DNA of 64,000 nucleotides from Azolla caroliniana (lineage: Eukaryota > Plantae > Polypodiophyta): contig JBHGNT010000011.1 in NCBI GenBank assembly GCA_043228905.1, positions 11,780,001-11,844,000 on the forward strand. The letters are read 5' to 3'. Within the stretch, counting starts at the first letter, position 1; each line of letters begins with the position of its first letter. Positions 32,537 through 46,460 of the stretch are shown piece after piece. Under the pieces are notes generated by a model. That model was not told the origin of the DNA. It ran no database searches and saw only the letters and a program-made list of their open reading frames with translations. The position numbers were made by a program, and so were the translations under genes.

Positions 32537-34053
32537 GTCGCGACATGGTGGGTCCAAAGGTATAAAAAAAGATAGAAAAGGGAAAAGGGATAGACACCAA
32601 AATGTGTATCTAAATATGAAAACAAATTACATAATAACAAAAGGTAAGTGGCCTAGTGGTTAATGCTTTAAACTATGTATATAAAGGTGCCAAAAAACCG
32701 GTTTGGAGGTTTACGTCTTGACCAGTGTGTGAAGGGTTGGCTACCTTTATACGTATTTTTATGTAAAGGAGGTAGCTAGGTTTAAGTCTTGACTAGCGTG
32801 AGGGGGGGCATTACCTTTATACATATTCTATGTAAACGAGGTAGTTGAGCATCAAATGTGGTAAATGGCGCTTGCTCTCTATAAAAGAGGGGAGGAGGGC
32901 TCATTTAGGGGTTTGCTTTTAGTATTTTTGGGTTTTCATTTTCTAAGATTTAGGGTTTTCCTTCATATTTTTCTCCTTACTTGTTTTCTTTTTCTTCTTT
33001 CTATTTGAGAGTTTTGAGGTTTGGGAGAGAGTGAATGTGTGGGTGGAGTTGAACCACTTCATTTTCTACCTCTTCTTCTTGTCTTGGAGCTCAAAGACAC
33101 TACATTGACTTAAAGGTGTCGTTCTTTGATTGTAGTCGAGGCCTTGACGACACCACTAAGCTCGGATCTTCATTAAAAGCTCAACCACTTTGCATTGTTT
33201 GTTTTATAATTAAACTTGAAGGCCATTTTGTATAAACCATTGTATTCATGTTGTTATTTTGGTGTGAACCATGTTAGGTATATGTCCCTCCTGTGGGAGG
33301 AGCCAATTGTTCGGCTCAGTAAGAACCGATAGTCGAAGACACAGAGAGTCGACTATATATGTGATGCAAGTCGAAGACATGACCGACTAGTTGGGGCCAC
33401 TAGATGGTCGATGACAAGGCCGACTAGTCGGGGCGACTGGATAGTCAACTTAGGAGTCGGCTGATTAACTGCTATTGTTATTACTATAATAATAGAAGTG
33501 ATATTGGCATAGGATACCTTTATAAATAGCCCATATTGTGTGTAAGTATAAATTCACTTAGGGCAAACATAGGTAGATGTAGAACAGAAAGTATAGAGCA
33601 TAGTTGTGCAGTGAGAGAGAGAAAGAAAGAGAGAGAGAGAGAGAGAGAAAGAAAGAGGGAGGGAGGGAGAGAGAGCGGCAACGACAGAGTTCAACAAACT
33701 TGCCAAGAACCCTAAGTGATTCCTTTGAGTATCAGAGAAGAGTTGTAACAGTTTTCTTGTATTCTCTGTTGTATAGTGGAGCTCTGTTCCCGTGTTTTTT
33801 TCCCCATTTATGGTTTCCACGTAAAACTGTGTACATTGTGAATTTGTCCATTTGTTGTTTTTGTTGTTTTCGAGTTGTGTATTTTTGCGTATCTTCCACA
33901 CAGAGATTTACGAACTTGAAGTCCATTTTGTAAAAACCACCGTATTCGTGATGTTATTTTGTTGAACCGTAACTTGAAGGTCATTTTGTAAAAACCACCA
34001 TATTCATGGTGTTATTCAGAGAACCCTAAATAAGCATAAAAAGGGATTTAACA
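32537..34053 (+). mobile_element. Probable solo LTR with a 3-copy ~60-bp internal repeat, interrupted by another solo LTR
   Basis: TGTCG...TTAACA ends, CTATAAAAG plus a purine tract, and the unit AACTTGAAG(G/T)(C/T)CATTTTGTAAAAACCAC...TGTTATT at ~33213, ~33913 and ~33971. No TSD found. Confidence 0.45.
33272..33910 (+). mobile_element. Solo LTR related to the copia C LTR
   Basis: It starts TGTTAGGTATATGTCCC. It shares ACTTAGGGCAAA, a (GA)n tract and TTTTTCCCCATTTATGGTTTCCACGTAAAAC with the C LTR, and its U3 is rich in CCGACTAGTCGG/GTCGA palindromes. Confidence 0.65.
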
Positions 34054-34636
34054 GAAAATCATGTGTATTAAGGTCTTAATCTTGGCATGTTGCATTAATT
34101 GAGGGCATTTACCCAAATTCCATGTTAAGAAATTCAAACACCATTGCAACATGGGTGTGAATGAGATAGAGACTCCAAGGAGCCCACGATCACACAATCC
34201 CAAGACACTCGCGAGTGCAAGATGTCAACAAGCCCACGAGACCAAGGAACCCCCGACTACAAGGAAATCCGATTCCAAGGCATACTCGATTCACACCAGG
34301 GTCTTTTCGCACATCACATCCTCCCTAGTTCTAGTCCCTCATGGTCCTACTAAAGTTGCACAGTCACACACAAATATGTGACACCAACGAGGGCTTTTCA
34401 TACTCGCCTAGACAAAAGATGTCTTCTTACCCCAAGGCTAAGTATTATTCCTATATTGTTATAAAAGGATTTACATAATCGCATGTGTCAATCCCACAAA
34501 AGAGGTGTGAAAATGTAACATTTTGCTTGCCCTTATTTATCTACCATTGTTTGTTCAAATTGTAGCTAGCTAATAGACCTAAATGGTGTGGATATTCTCC
34601 ATTGAGTGCATGCTTGTTTCATGGATGATTGATCAT

Positions 34637-34987
34637 GTCAAAAAAATTGTATTCACATCAAGGAAAAACATACTCTAGCTTCAAGATTGATCCATAGTCA
34701 AGTGAATCTCTTTACTTGGTTGTGCAAAGAACATGTCAAATGAGACTGATTCGTTTATTTTCAAAGAAAATATCTTGTTGGAATATAATCAACAATGCAC
34801 ATAGATGCTCAAGGGAAATTTTTGTCAAAAAAATTGTATTCACGTCAAGGGAAAACTACTCAAGCTTCAAGATTGATCCATAGTCTAGTGGACCTCTTTA
34901 CTTGGTTATGCAAAGAGCATGTCAAATGAGACTCATTCATTTATTTTCAAAGAAAATATCTTGTTTGAATATAATCAACGGCACATA
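34637..34987. repeat. ~185-bp tandem duplication downstream of the PP2C gene
   Basis: TGTCAAAAAAATTGTATTCAC...GCTTCAAGATTGATCCATAGTC...TTTTCAAAGAAAATATCTTGTT occurs twice, starting at ~34637 and ~34823. Confidence 0.9.
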
Positions 34988-35774
34988 TATACTATTAAAG
35001 TACGTGCCATAAAAGTATAATACATGTACAATGTATGATATATGTATACGCATGTATGTTGTATAATTTAAGATATGAAATGTGCCTTATTATTTTAAGG
35101 TTGTGACTTGTTACTAACTTAATTCTCAAGCAAATGCACATTGACCATTAAGAGTTGAAATATAAAGCTTACTATATATTAATAAATGGCTTAGGTAGCC
35201 CATAAAAAACAAGAAGGAATATTCAAGGATATCTAAATAAGTTGTATATATACCATTGATGAAATGGTTAATAGGGTTTCAAGTAGTTAACCTTCATAGA
35301 TGACATAATCAATAAAAACTGAAATGATCAATTACCTCAAAAGAATTTCTCAACCTATTTCAAGACACAAGTTTTTTTTACATTGTAGCTTTTTCTCCAC
35401 AAAATGCAATTCCAGAGATTTGCAAAAACATAATGTCGAGTAAAAATATGGTTATCCTTTCTTGATGGGGCTCAACGAGTGAACAAAGCAAGTTGTTAGA
35501 AAAAGAGTTGTCTTTATACATTGTGGTATTATACAAGGTTTTGCCATCATATTTCTACAATTATTCACTTTCAGAACAAATCAAACTCTTGTGAAGGAGC
35601 TATATGTTTGAAAGAACTAACTTGTGAAAATGACTTCACTCATCTCTATGCAGCAGTTACCTGTTTATTCAATATAAGATAGGGCACTTGAGATTTTTGC
35701 TCATACATGTACAAATACAGACATTCTCCAATTGATCCTGATTCGAGAAAAACACAGTTTGGAAAAGCTCACAA

Positions 35775-38700
35775 TCAACACGTTGATTCAATTGGGGCAT
35801 TGTTGAAGCGTACAACAATACAAGTAATGTTGTCTCCACTTCCTTTCCGCATAGCTTGCTCAGTCAACCTTTTCGCTGCCTCTTCGGCATCAGGGATGGA
35901 CCGAATCATTGAAATTGCATCCTGATCAGAAAAACAACATTCCCATATTCATACATGTGTACACATCATAGAAATCCATACATACAAACATACCTACATG
36001 CATATACAAGCATATGTATGGCATCCATGCATGCAACATATATTAGAAAGAAAGTGGATTGGGTAAAGAGAAAGACAATGTTCTGACCTGGTCTGTAATA
36101 ACATCCCACAAACCATCGCTGGCAATGACAAGAAATTCATGCTCACTGTTGATAGTCTCCTCCTACACAACCATTATCCAAGAGGACCATACACATAAGC
36201 TAGATATACAGAGACTACCTTAATTCTTGTTAATGCATATCCATGCTGAATGCTTATACCCATTTTATGTGTGACATAAAAAGTCATGAGAGAACAAGCA
36301 CTTCCATAATAATGTCTTTAAAAATTTCTATTGTTTGTTGGTCGTCTAGTGGGTGTGAATTGGTTGTAAGGCCATATATAATATAGGTAAAGTATATATA
36401 CTTAATTAGGCCATACGACTAGTTTGAGTATGACAACGACCACAGATCAGCAAGCCCAACAAATAGAAGATTAAAGCTGAATGATCAGATAGTGTCTTGC
36501 CATTAAAATACATAAATCCCCTGAATGGTGCAATTGTATGAGAGAGAACACAGGTCTATTAAATATCCAATAGTATTGAAACGTTTCCATGAATGAAGGG
36601 AGTTAACTATCTGTCAGTGTAATATAATTCCACTTCTCCCTGAATTTCTATGCTTTGATGCCTCCATGTTAGTTATTGTAAATTAGTGTTACTTTGCAGT
36701 GCATTGTTTAACCACAGGTCAGCCAGTCCAATAAATAGGAGATTAGAGCTGAACGACTGGATAGTGTCATGTAACATACATAAATCCCCTGAATGGCGCA
36801 ATTGTATGAGAGAGATAGAACAACATGTAACTATCTGTTGGTGTAATATAATTCCACTTCTCCTGAATTTCTATGATTTGATGCCTCCATGTTAAGTGGT
36901 GTAAAACAGTGTTAATTTGTGATGCATTGTTACGTTATTATTGATTCCAAAATTCTTTTCCCCAAGATCATTCCCCAGTTTGTGCAGTTTGTGCACAGAA
37001 GAGATTGGATTACATAGGTTCAGCCAAATCTCGGGTATTCTAAAGAGTTGTGTTTGCTAGTTACTTTGGGAAGATGTGGAAATGCTCTTTATATCTATAG
37101 AGAGGATGTGAAATATGAGGACCTAAAGTTGACAGAAATATATGGCATTGCAGGGTACAAAGATCAGAATAGTCCCCAATAAGACAGATTAGCATGCATA
37201 GCCAAGCTCACGATTAAGGTACAGAAGGAACTTCACCATTGTTTATAAATATGTACTGTTGATATGTGTGTATGTATGCATGTATTATAAATTATACTGT
37301 CGTCTGTATATATACCTGAAGTTCAGGCTCCGCGACTACAAAACGCTTTAATAGCCGATCACCAAAGGCTCGTGACACGGCAAGGATACCCCCTACCCTC
37401 CAAGTGCCTGAAGATTCCACGGCATTTACAACTCAACATTATGGCAGACATAATTTCATAAGACTGATACGTTTGTTCTCTCTAAATATGTGTTTACACC
37501 AATCTTACAGCTTTGCCCTCTCTAAATATACAATTTCTCTTTGAATTAGCTCTTGCAAACATTCTAAGTACAACAGTTTAGGAAGCACTGCTGGCATTCA
37601 CTCATATTGTTTTTCTCATTGTTCTCTCAATATCTCATTGAGAACATTGTAATATTCAAGCAGCATTATACATTTTTCTGTCCATGCCTTCAAAAGTTTG
37701 AAAAAAAAAAATGGATGTTCATGAGCATTGAAGATCTACCACATTTAACAAAACTAGTTTACTTTTTAAAGTAAAACTTTCTCATTTAATTTTTAATCCT
37801 GTTTTAGGCTTTTAGCATCCTAATTTTATGCCATTTGAGACTAGAATTTAAAATCATTTAGTCTTTCTCTTCCATAATGCAGTTTAAATCATAATAGGAT
37901 GTGAAATCTTACACAATGCAAATTAAATCTTAATGGGCCTTGTCTTACATAATACCATTAAAATTTTAAGACAGGCGTGGCTATAAAGGATATGTTCAGA
38001 GAAGTCATGAGCCTTCATATTGAGAGAATAAGAAATTACCGACCAGCCCAAATTACAGCTCCTCCAGCTCTCTCAATCCTTTGGCGTTCGTCTCTGCGAT
38101 TTGGTTTGTGGTCAGCTGATAAGGGATATGCTGCAAACGAATGAATCCACATGTTTTATTGCAGTAATAAACTTTCACAAGATTTCACAAAATATTCACA
38201 GTACTTTCAATATTCTCAAAATGCCCCACAAAACATTGGTTTCCCTCTCTTGAGAGAAAAAAAACTCTCAATAAAATCTCCTTTTCTATAATTGCTCTCA
38301 AAGCAAGAGACTGTGGAGATAGGAATATCTTAGGAATCTGGAAACATAATGGATATTTTTTGGGTTTTTTTATAAATTTGCTATATGTCCCATAAATTTC
38401 ATTTTATCCCTTTTCTCATATTCATCTTACCCTTCCCAGCCCTCGAAATAACTACTTTCGAGTCGCCAACATTGGCAACAAGTAACCGATCGCCTACCAA
38501 TATGGCAGTTGAGGCGGTTGATCCAGCATCTTTTTGCTTACCACTATCATTTTTAAGATATTCTGAATCAGTGTGTTGATAGGTTTCAACTGCCAAGCAG
38601 CCATGAGATCACTCTATAATTAGCAGATGAGAAAAATAACACTCAATTTCACTCAAAGATAATATCCCAAAAAAGTAAGCTTTGTTTTATACTGATTGCG

Positions 38701-39652
38701 TTTTTGGTGTCAGTTAAGAAATTGGGGTGCTCAATCAAATTTTTGAAAAGGTTCTTTTTAACATAATCTGCAGCTCCAGGTCCACCATGACCTAAATGAA
38801 GCATAAAATTGCACTTAATACATCAGTGCATTGAGAGTAGAGTCACAAACAAATGACGAAAGTATTTGCGTTTTTATACCATCAAACACTCCAAATAAAC
38901 CAACAGTGGTGTCCTCAACTACAGTGAATTTAGCTTCATAGAAGTCCTCCATAGAGCAACGCTTTCCACGTACACTTGAAAACCCATAACTACAGTTTGC
39001 CAGCTCGCTATGTCAAAACCAAAACATAAACCAGTTAGCAATGAGAAATGGTTTGATATTACCAACCAGCAAATCTCATTGGTATGTAGATATATAAATA
39101 TGTATCCATGCGTGATATAAACAACACAAATTTATGTATTGTTCTATATACATCAAATGAAGATCAAATGGCATCAAAAGAAGATGGCAATAAGGTATAA
39201 TTCATAAAATTCTCATACTCATCCCAAACTAAATCCCTATACCATTCTTACACTCAATTCCAAAACTAGTTCATAGGATTGATTGCTCACGTGATTTCAA
39301 GTGAAGAGTATGTTCCGCAATAATGTGATTCAAAGATGAATGTATAACATCAAATGACGATGAAAGGGGCATTAAATACCATAAAAAAGAGATCATATAG
39401 CCATAGCACTACAAGAAAGAGAGATACAAAATGAAAACTTACCATCAGATAGCATCAAATGAATATCAAACGCACATAAAATAGCATAAAGTGGAGATCA
39501 AGTTGGCATCAAATAGCGTCAAATGAATATCAACTGGATATCGAATAGACGTGGAAATACACGAAATAGGAGTAAATTTACCTCTGACCTCCACCGCTGG
39601 AATCTGCATCTGATGTATAAAATTGTGGAAGAATAGCATAAAGACAACTCAT
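35775..39652 (-). CDS. Protein phosphatase 2C (PPM family, probably clade F-like), 8 coding exons: 39582-39652, 38880-39007, 38693-38791, 38431-38589, 38044-38130, 37316-37407, 36088-36162, 35775-35921; 285 aa
   Basis: GT-AG introns in phase; exon sum 858 nt. Motifs: [62 protein letters not shown] and GSGDNIT. Confidence 0.95.
36461..36930. repeat. ~270-bp diverged tandem duplication in a PP2C intron
   Basis: ATACATAAATCCCCTGAATGG...TAACTATCTGT...GTGTAATATAATTCCACTTCTCC...TTTGATGCCTCCATGTTA is present twice. Confidence 0.85.
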
Positions 39653-39972
39653 CTTCTCCAAAACCAGAAGGTTCTGTGAACTTGATCCAAATGATAAATC
39701 ATAAGCTACAAAGAAAAAAGGGGGAACAGAATAAAACGTTAGAATTATCTTCATAAGAAAAAAGCTTAAGTCTATTCTGTACATATTATTTATTTTCCTT
39801 ACATTTTTCACATAAGAATCTATGGGAGAAAATCCATAAGCTATTTCAAGTGCTACTTCATTTGCAGGAATCTAAAGGGAGAAAGAAGGAGAACCCTCGA
39901 TCTCTCTGGAGGAGAGATAGATGGGTTCTGATTATTGGAAGATTATACACCAACAAAATGTGCGTGTGAGTG

Positions 39973-40021
<49 letters not shown>

Positions 40022-40104
40022 GGGATTTGGGAATGAGAGGAAAACAGGCAAAATGGAAGAAAGATTTTACCTTGGAAATGATGGGAGGAGGAGGAGATGA
40101 TCGC

Positions 40105-40172
40105 GATGGTGATGGTGATGGTGATGGTGATGGTGATGGTGATGGTGATGGTGATGGTGATGGTGATGGTGA
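40105..40172. repeat. (GATGGT)n hexamer microsatellite in the putative PP2C 5' UTR exon; (GA)n tract at ~39977-40008
   Basis: About 11 perfect GATGGT units lie just upstream, in mRNA sense, of a donor ccaag|gtaaaa at ~40070. Confidence 0.9.
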
Positions 40173-41851
40173 CGATGAATAGAAGAGATAGATCTCCTCT
40201 GCAGAAAAGAAAAGGAAGGAAAACTCAAAAGAGACAGAAGAAGAAGAAGAAGAAGAGCTGGAAAGAGAGAATCATGTGCTCTTTAGATGCCTTCTCCACC
40301 GTCGATCTCAGGCGCTACGAATCGGACGGCCCACACCATCCATTTTTCAAACTCACCTTTGAATGCAATTCTCTTCTTTCCTTTTCTCTTTACTTATTAT
40401 GTACATACATACATACATAGAGAATTATTCTTCTTCTTCTTCTTCTTCTTGTATAGTGATAGTTGTTTGTTCGATTTTCGTATGTTATTTCTTCTCATTT
40501 TCTCTCCTCTTTGTTGACCGATTGCGCTCATATGAATTAATGAGTGTGTCGGGTGGTCACAACCCGTCCGTTCGAATTACCCGAGTGCCCATTGCCCCCC
40601 CCCCCCCCCCCCCCGCTCCTGTCCTGTGACCTGTTATGATCTCGTTTCGCGGACGACTCTGATCTCTTCCACATGTTAAACCAACGCAAACACTTAGATA
40701 AGCAGCGAGTGGTTCCAATGAACCCCGAGTATCCAGTCATTTCGTGAGTGTGATCCTGGTTGTTGCCATCGGTTTTTGATGTTATGAAATCCATCATGGA
40801 GTTTCTAGACACCCCCATTATCTTGTTGTAGGCTCATTAGGGTGATTCGTGTACGGTTGGTTGCTAGATATGTAAAAGAAAGCTCTCTATATTTTCATGT
40901 CATTCAGACACCCGGATAGAAAACACTTTCTAGGATATTAGGTGTCATGTGTTTCGAGTGACACGCATATTCGTTTGGACCACATGAAGAAATTTGCCGT
41001 CACTTGTTATGTATAAAACATTAGAAGGTTTAGAAAAAGAGAAAAATAGGGCCAAATGGTAGAGAATAGACCAAGGAGTGAAATTTTTAAAAAAACGAGA
41101 AAAAAATAAAAGAATAGAGCAAGGAGATTTAGAGAGAGAAAAAGGTGGTCATGATGCAACTTCTTATGAAGATGAATGTCATTGTGACATTGAAATCTAT
41201 CGAGTTCGCATGATATGCATTATTTACACTTAAATTTCATATATTACGAATACTTTAGACAAACAAATATTAAGAGGAAGTACAAATATGGAACTAGTTT
41301 AATCCACAGCACAATAGTTGTAAGCAAGACATCACTTTTGGAATCATGTTAATACAGAACAAGTTTCATAACTAGTAAGTAGCTGCACTCGGATTTGCGA
41401 CATTTCTACTCGGAACAATTCATGATGTTACACGAGGTACAACCTTTGATCCAGATCATGGGTATGTCAACATAAAACATTGCGAAATTTTAATCCTCTA
41501 GATGGTCCTTTGCAAACAAGTATTCCTTTGGCATGGATTCATGTTTAGCGGCACTTATTTAATCACATTCCCTTGAGAGAGAATGATTATCATTGAAAAT
41601 CTTAATCGGCTTTTAAGAATGACTAACATAGAAACTACCATTAATAAATATGATATAATATTTTATTATCAATTGATATCAACTCCATTTTATCCATTTC
41701 TTGTTTCCTTTTTAGTGTCTAAGAATGCATAAGCATAAATCTAATATTGATCAAATGATGACACACAAATAGCCCTTAGCCCCCTATAAACGAACCCAAT
41801 GTGTTTAACATAATAAGACCTTGTTTGGTATGTGGCATTGCATGGTCATTA

Positions 41852-41985
41852 CCATTTATTTATTTCTATTATTTATTTATTTTTTCCAATAACAAAACTC
41901 CTTCCATTAGTTATAAAATTTGGAAGGAGTTTTGTTATTGGAAAATTTTGAATGTTTTATACAAATCCCAAAAGGGACGATTCAT
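41852..41985 (-). mobile_element. Very short 3'-end copy of the neighbouring LINE, containing a perfect 25-bp inverted repeat
   Basis: It shares the (TTTA)n tail, AAAACTCCTTCCATTAGTTATAAAATTT and TACAAATCCC-AAAGGGACG with 43351-43456. Confidence 0.75.
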
Positions 41986-43350
41986 TACCATTTTTAGGAA
42001 GGCACAACACATTCCCATTACATGTTGTTACTCATAATGCCTAAAAACTTGGCTTTTCCAATTTCATGTTTCATAAACCAAAGGTTGAAGGGAATAATCA
42101 ATGATGATTGTAATAAAGTTTCTTGTTTTGGTTCTACGTAAGCAATTGATTTCCGTAAGAGGAAGATAAGGAGTTATCGTTGTATCAATATCGTTGTTAC
42201 TTTATTTGAAATCATTGGGTTTGGTAGAGACTTTTCAAATAAGTCTCAACAAATACCACAAACTTTGCTTTTTGTTGTTAATGACAATCTTCCTAGGAGT
42301 CACAAGGCACTATAATCATTTTGATAGACATTATTGAATGTTGATTGATGTTCCTTCTAATTGACCATTTTATTAATCTATTGATTCATCTTGAATGGGC
42401 ATGTGCATGCATCTAATCCTCATTGCAATTGAAATCCTTTGTTCTAGATCGTATCCAATATCTCTTTCATCACGTTCAACAATCTTATAACTTGTGATAA
42501 GAATAAGCTTGAGGTTATTGCACACCCTCATCAATAAGAAATCCTTATTTCTAATATTATACATGGAAATGTATCTTTATCAACACTCCTTAGAATTAGG
42601 TTCAACTTCCTTATCATGTTTGTGAATCTTTTGCAATAAGCATGAAACCATTCATAACATGGTGAATCTATAGGGCTTTGTGGATTTGTATTGTTGTCCA
42701 TGTACATGGATTTCTTTATTGAGCAACTAGAGGGTGATATTCTCGTTCAATTACACAAACTATTTTTGAGCTTTGATATGCATGACGATGGAAGTGCGCT
42801 TTTGGGAGGGGGGAGGGAATGATATTATAAGCAATCCATGGACCATGACCCCTTGACAAAAAACATGTCTTTTAATTTTATTTAGAAATCCGTTTTAAAA
42901 TGCATTGCTATAAATTTCGTATGTTGTATTCCAGAAAATGTGTCAATGTCAATGCGGTAAAACCATTTTTTAGGAGTGCATCATAAGTGGGCAAGATTCA
43001 AACTGAAATCGTTACTTGAGATCAAATCGACAAGCTTTACCATCACATTGTGTTATAGGTTTATATTTTAGAATACAACGAAGGAAATCTTTAAGACGGT
43101 CTAGCATATATTGTATAATGCAAAAAAGCAATTGTTGTTGTATGGCACTTGATGTGTTGTCATTAATACATTTTGCAAACTTTTAAATATGAATATGTGC
43201 AAAATATTAACAACTAGCATTCCCATTAACGCAGATGTCCCACGCTAGAAATTCGATTACCAACCCTGTATCATCAATTTCATGGGAAAAAAATTAAATA
43301 GCTGAAAATACTCTCAATGTCAATTACTAACACTCTTGAGGTCAATTGCA

Positions 43351-44720
43351 TTATTTATTTATTTATTTATATTTATTTTTCCAAAAAAAAACTCCTTCCA
43401 TTAGTTATAAAATTTTACAAATGAGGCGATTATGTACAAATCCCTAAAGGGACGCGATAGTTCCATCTAATGTGGAAGCCCACTGACTCAAGAAAGGGAG
43501 AGGACGACCATTGTTGGATGAAGGCTATGCGTTGTCTTTCAACTCCCTCAGAGCCACCTTTAAGGCCATCATATTGGCTCTTTAGAGTGGCTACAATTTC
43601 ACTCCATATCTCTTGCAATAACCTTGTTGGATGGGTGGTTTGGTTGGAGAAGACTCGCCTACATCGTTGTTTCCATAGAATCCAAAGGGTTATTGGGCTG
43701 ACCAATTCCAACACCTCTTGAGATTTGTCATTAAGAGGAAAATAGTGGACATTGTCGCTGGAGGAGAAAAGAACCTCTTGTGCTTTTATCACCAAAGTCA
43801 TACCCTCCTCTTGATGCTCGTATCGGCCAATTGCAGCATGCCATGATAGCCAACATATATTTCCCCACTTGATTGAACCTTGCACCTGGCATAATTGCAA
43901 CAAGCGGCCAACCCTCCGCCATGTTCTATGGGACGTTGGGCAGTCCCACAGAGCGTGTTGTATGGATTCTACTGCATGTGGGCACTCTACACAATTAGGA
44001 GAGTTAAGGTTCCCACGTTGCCATGCTCCCACCGGTAGGGACTTATGTATTAACAACCATTGGAAAGTGGTAATTCGCCTCACGTGTTGTTGCTTCCAGA
44101 TTTTCTGCCAAAACTTGGTGATTACTGCGGAGGGAACTTGAAATGTGTGCCAGACCTTCGCAGCAGCCGGTTCTCGGGCGGCTTGAGCAGCTAGAATGTG
44201 GCGACCCAATCTAGTTGTGAATTGGAAGAAAGGGATGGGTTTGCTTCCTTGCCCCGCGTAGGGATCACGCCATGTCCATTACAAAGGGTCCCAACTGACC
44301 TTACGCAGCCATGTGTTTTCATGAGTACATATATGCCAATTGGGTTGTACTTTGATCGGATCAGGATCTACAATCTATTTATGACCAGTGTACGCGAGTA
44401 CTCGAATGGCATTATTCTGTGTGGGTGTCGCAGTGTCTCTCACTTCATGGCCTTCGAGCAAGTCTAGTGATCCCCTACCTCTCGGGATCAGAGAGCCCTC
44501 CTCCTCGTGGCCTATCCATTTCTCCATTGTCGTCCTTTGAATAGCAGAGTCCCTAATCAGTAACGCGTTAATGTTTTCCGATCTCATAGTCCATCCGCCC
44601 CTGATTCCATGGAGTATGTTCGCTTGATCTTGTAGTGGCATTGACATAAACCGTCGCCAACATTCAATACTTTTGCCTGGACCTTCTGCAATGTATCCCC
44701 ATGACAACCCCTTACATGAT
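43351..44720 (-). mobile_element. 5'-truncated non-LTR retrotransposon (LINE ORF2 3' end with a zf-RVT-type zinc finger)
   Basis: ORF 43430-44209 has the motifs FWQKIW, TFQWLLIHKSLPVG, CVECPHAVESIQHALWDC and LWILWKQRC. A short 3' UTR and (TAAA)n tail lie at 43351-43372. Confidence 0.88.
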
Positions 44721-45449
44721 CCCAGTAGTTGATTAGATTCATCCTTGAGACGACCAATTTTTAACTCACACTGACGGCCACATGTTTTAAGTAAAGTCCT
44801 ATTTCATCCAAAGTATCAACTTAAAGGCGGCGGATAACACTCTTAATCTCAATTAATAAAACTTTCGAGCTCAAAGTCATCTTGCTTAAACGCATCTTTA
44901 ACTTGCACTCTCACATGATGCTATTGGTAAAGTCCTATTGCATCCAAAATAACAAATTAGATATAAAGAACTAAGAAAAACTAGCATGAATTACAAATGA
45001 AAAACAATTGGAAACTAATAATGTTTGCATAGAGTCTGTAAACATTGGAACTTAGAGAGGATGATCTGTAGTAGTGACTTTTAGAGGGGACAACTTTTTA
45101 GTGGGAAGGAAAAAGAAAATAAAGTTGTTCAACATGCGAGTAAAAAATGGGCGAAAATATCAACACATTTGGCAAGCAAATAAGTTGTGATGGGATGACA
45201 TATTTTTTCTTCATATCACATGGTTCCTTATCCAAGCAAACAATATGGCAACAAACTTTCTCTTTCTCAAATTGAATTTTGAAAAGGAATTAATTATATG
45301 AGATTTTTTTATACGATTATTTGACATTGGATTAACTATTTGGGATTAGTTTTGATAATGTGGAAATAACTATACGAGAATTTGAGATGAAGTGTACAAA
45401 GTGTGTGACCAAGTCTATTTGACATTAGGTTGTCCATATGAATCGACAA

Positions 45450-45700
45450 TGGTGCAGTTTAAGCTTAACCAGTTTGGCATTGTCCAAACCAAACCGGTTA
45501 ACCCTTAACCAGTTTGGGAGTTTTCAAACTTGAACCTAATCAGCTCCTAAACCGGTTTAGGAGCCAATTTAACCAAACCAATTAGCCTTAATTGGCTTAG
45601 CCCAAAACAGTTTGGTTTGGCTTGAGCCATCACAAGCTGAGCTCAAAGCAGTAAGGAAGCTCAAGTGTGAACCAAATTGAACTGCCAAAGTGTTTATATA
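45450..45700. repeat. Cluster of AACCGGTT/TTAACC motifs, probably the subterminal region of a DNA transposon (possible 3' end of the hAT locus)
   Basis: Repeated aaccggtt, ttaaccagtttgg and aaaccaatt motifs; no clear TIR or TSD. Confidence 0.4.
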
Positions 45701-46319
45701 GTGTTCCTCAAAAACATATGAATATCACACATATAATCAACATCCATCTTGCTTGATTATCCACATAGACTATGCATGACAAATCGTGATTCCATCTAGA
45801 ATGTAATTGCCACATTTCTTGCTCCATACCAAATCCTGTCGATAAATAATGTGCTAGTCATGACTTATGTACTAATCAAGATTCAGTCTCTAATTAAGCA
45901 ATTTAAATCCCATTATAACGATCTAGAAACTAAATAAAGATACAATTATGCCACTCTAATTCATCCATATTGGTCAAGTAAATGTGTCACTTATTAAGCA
46001 AGTGCCAAAGAAATTGTGTGCTAACCCAATGTCATGTTGAATCAATCAAGTAGAAGAGAGGAGATATGTGGCACATTGGCTTATATAAAAAAATGCCACG
46101 TTGCTTTAATTATAGGGTTCCTTTTACACACATTTATTATTTGGATAGATATAACACAATATGCATTATGTGCCTACCTAACACCTCACAAATTCAATTA
46201 TTTGTTCATCTTGAACTTATTGTTTCAAAAGCCACATTAAACCATTTGTGATATTAATCACTTCATGCATTTTCAATGAGACTCAATGATTGAACAAAAA
46301 TTCGTTAAAAAAAACAATT

Positions 46320-46460
46320 CATGTTCATACATTGTGGTATTGTACAAAATTTGCTTCCCATATACATTTCATGTTTATACATTTTGGTATTGTACAAAAT
46401 TTGCTTGCCACATGCATTTCATGTTTATGCATTGCAACATTGTACAAAAATTGTCATTTC
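46320..46460. repeat. 50-bp tandem repeat, ~2.7 copies
   Basis: The unit CATGTTTATACATT-TGGTATTGTACAAAATTTGCTT...CATTT starts at 46320, 46370 and 46420. Confidence 0.85.

Noticed and set aside
39970-40629. ORFs with (GD)n, (VM)n and (ER)n repeats
   Set aside because: These are translations of (GATGGT)n and (GA)n microsatellites in the PP2C leader region, on the opposite strand.
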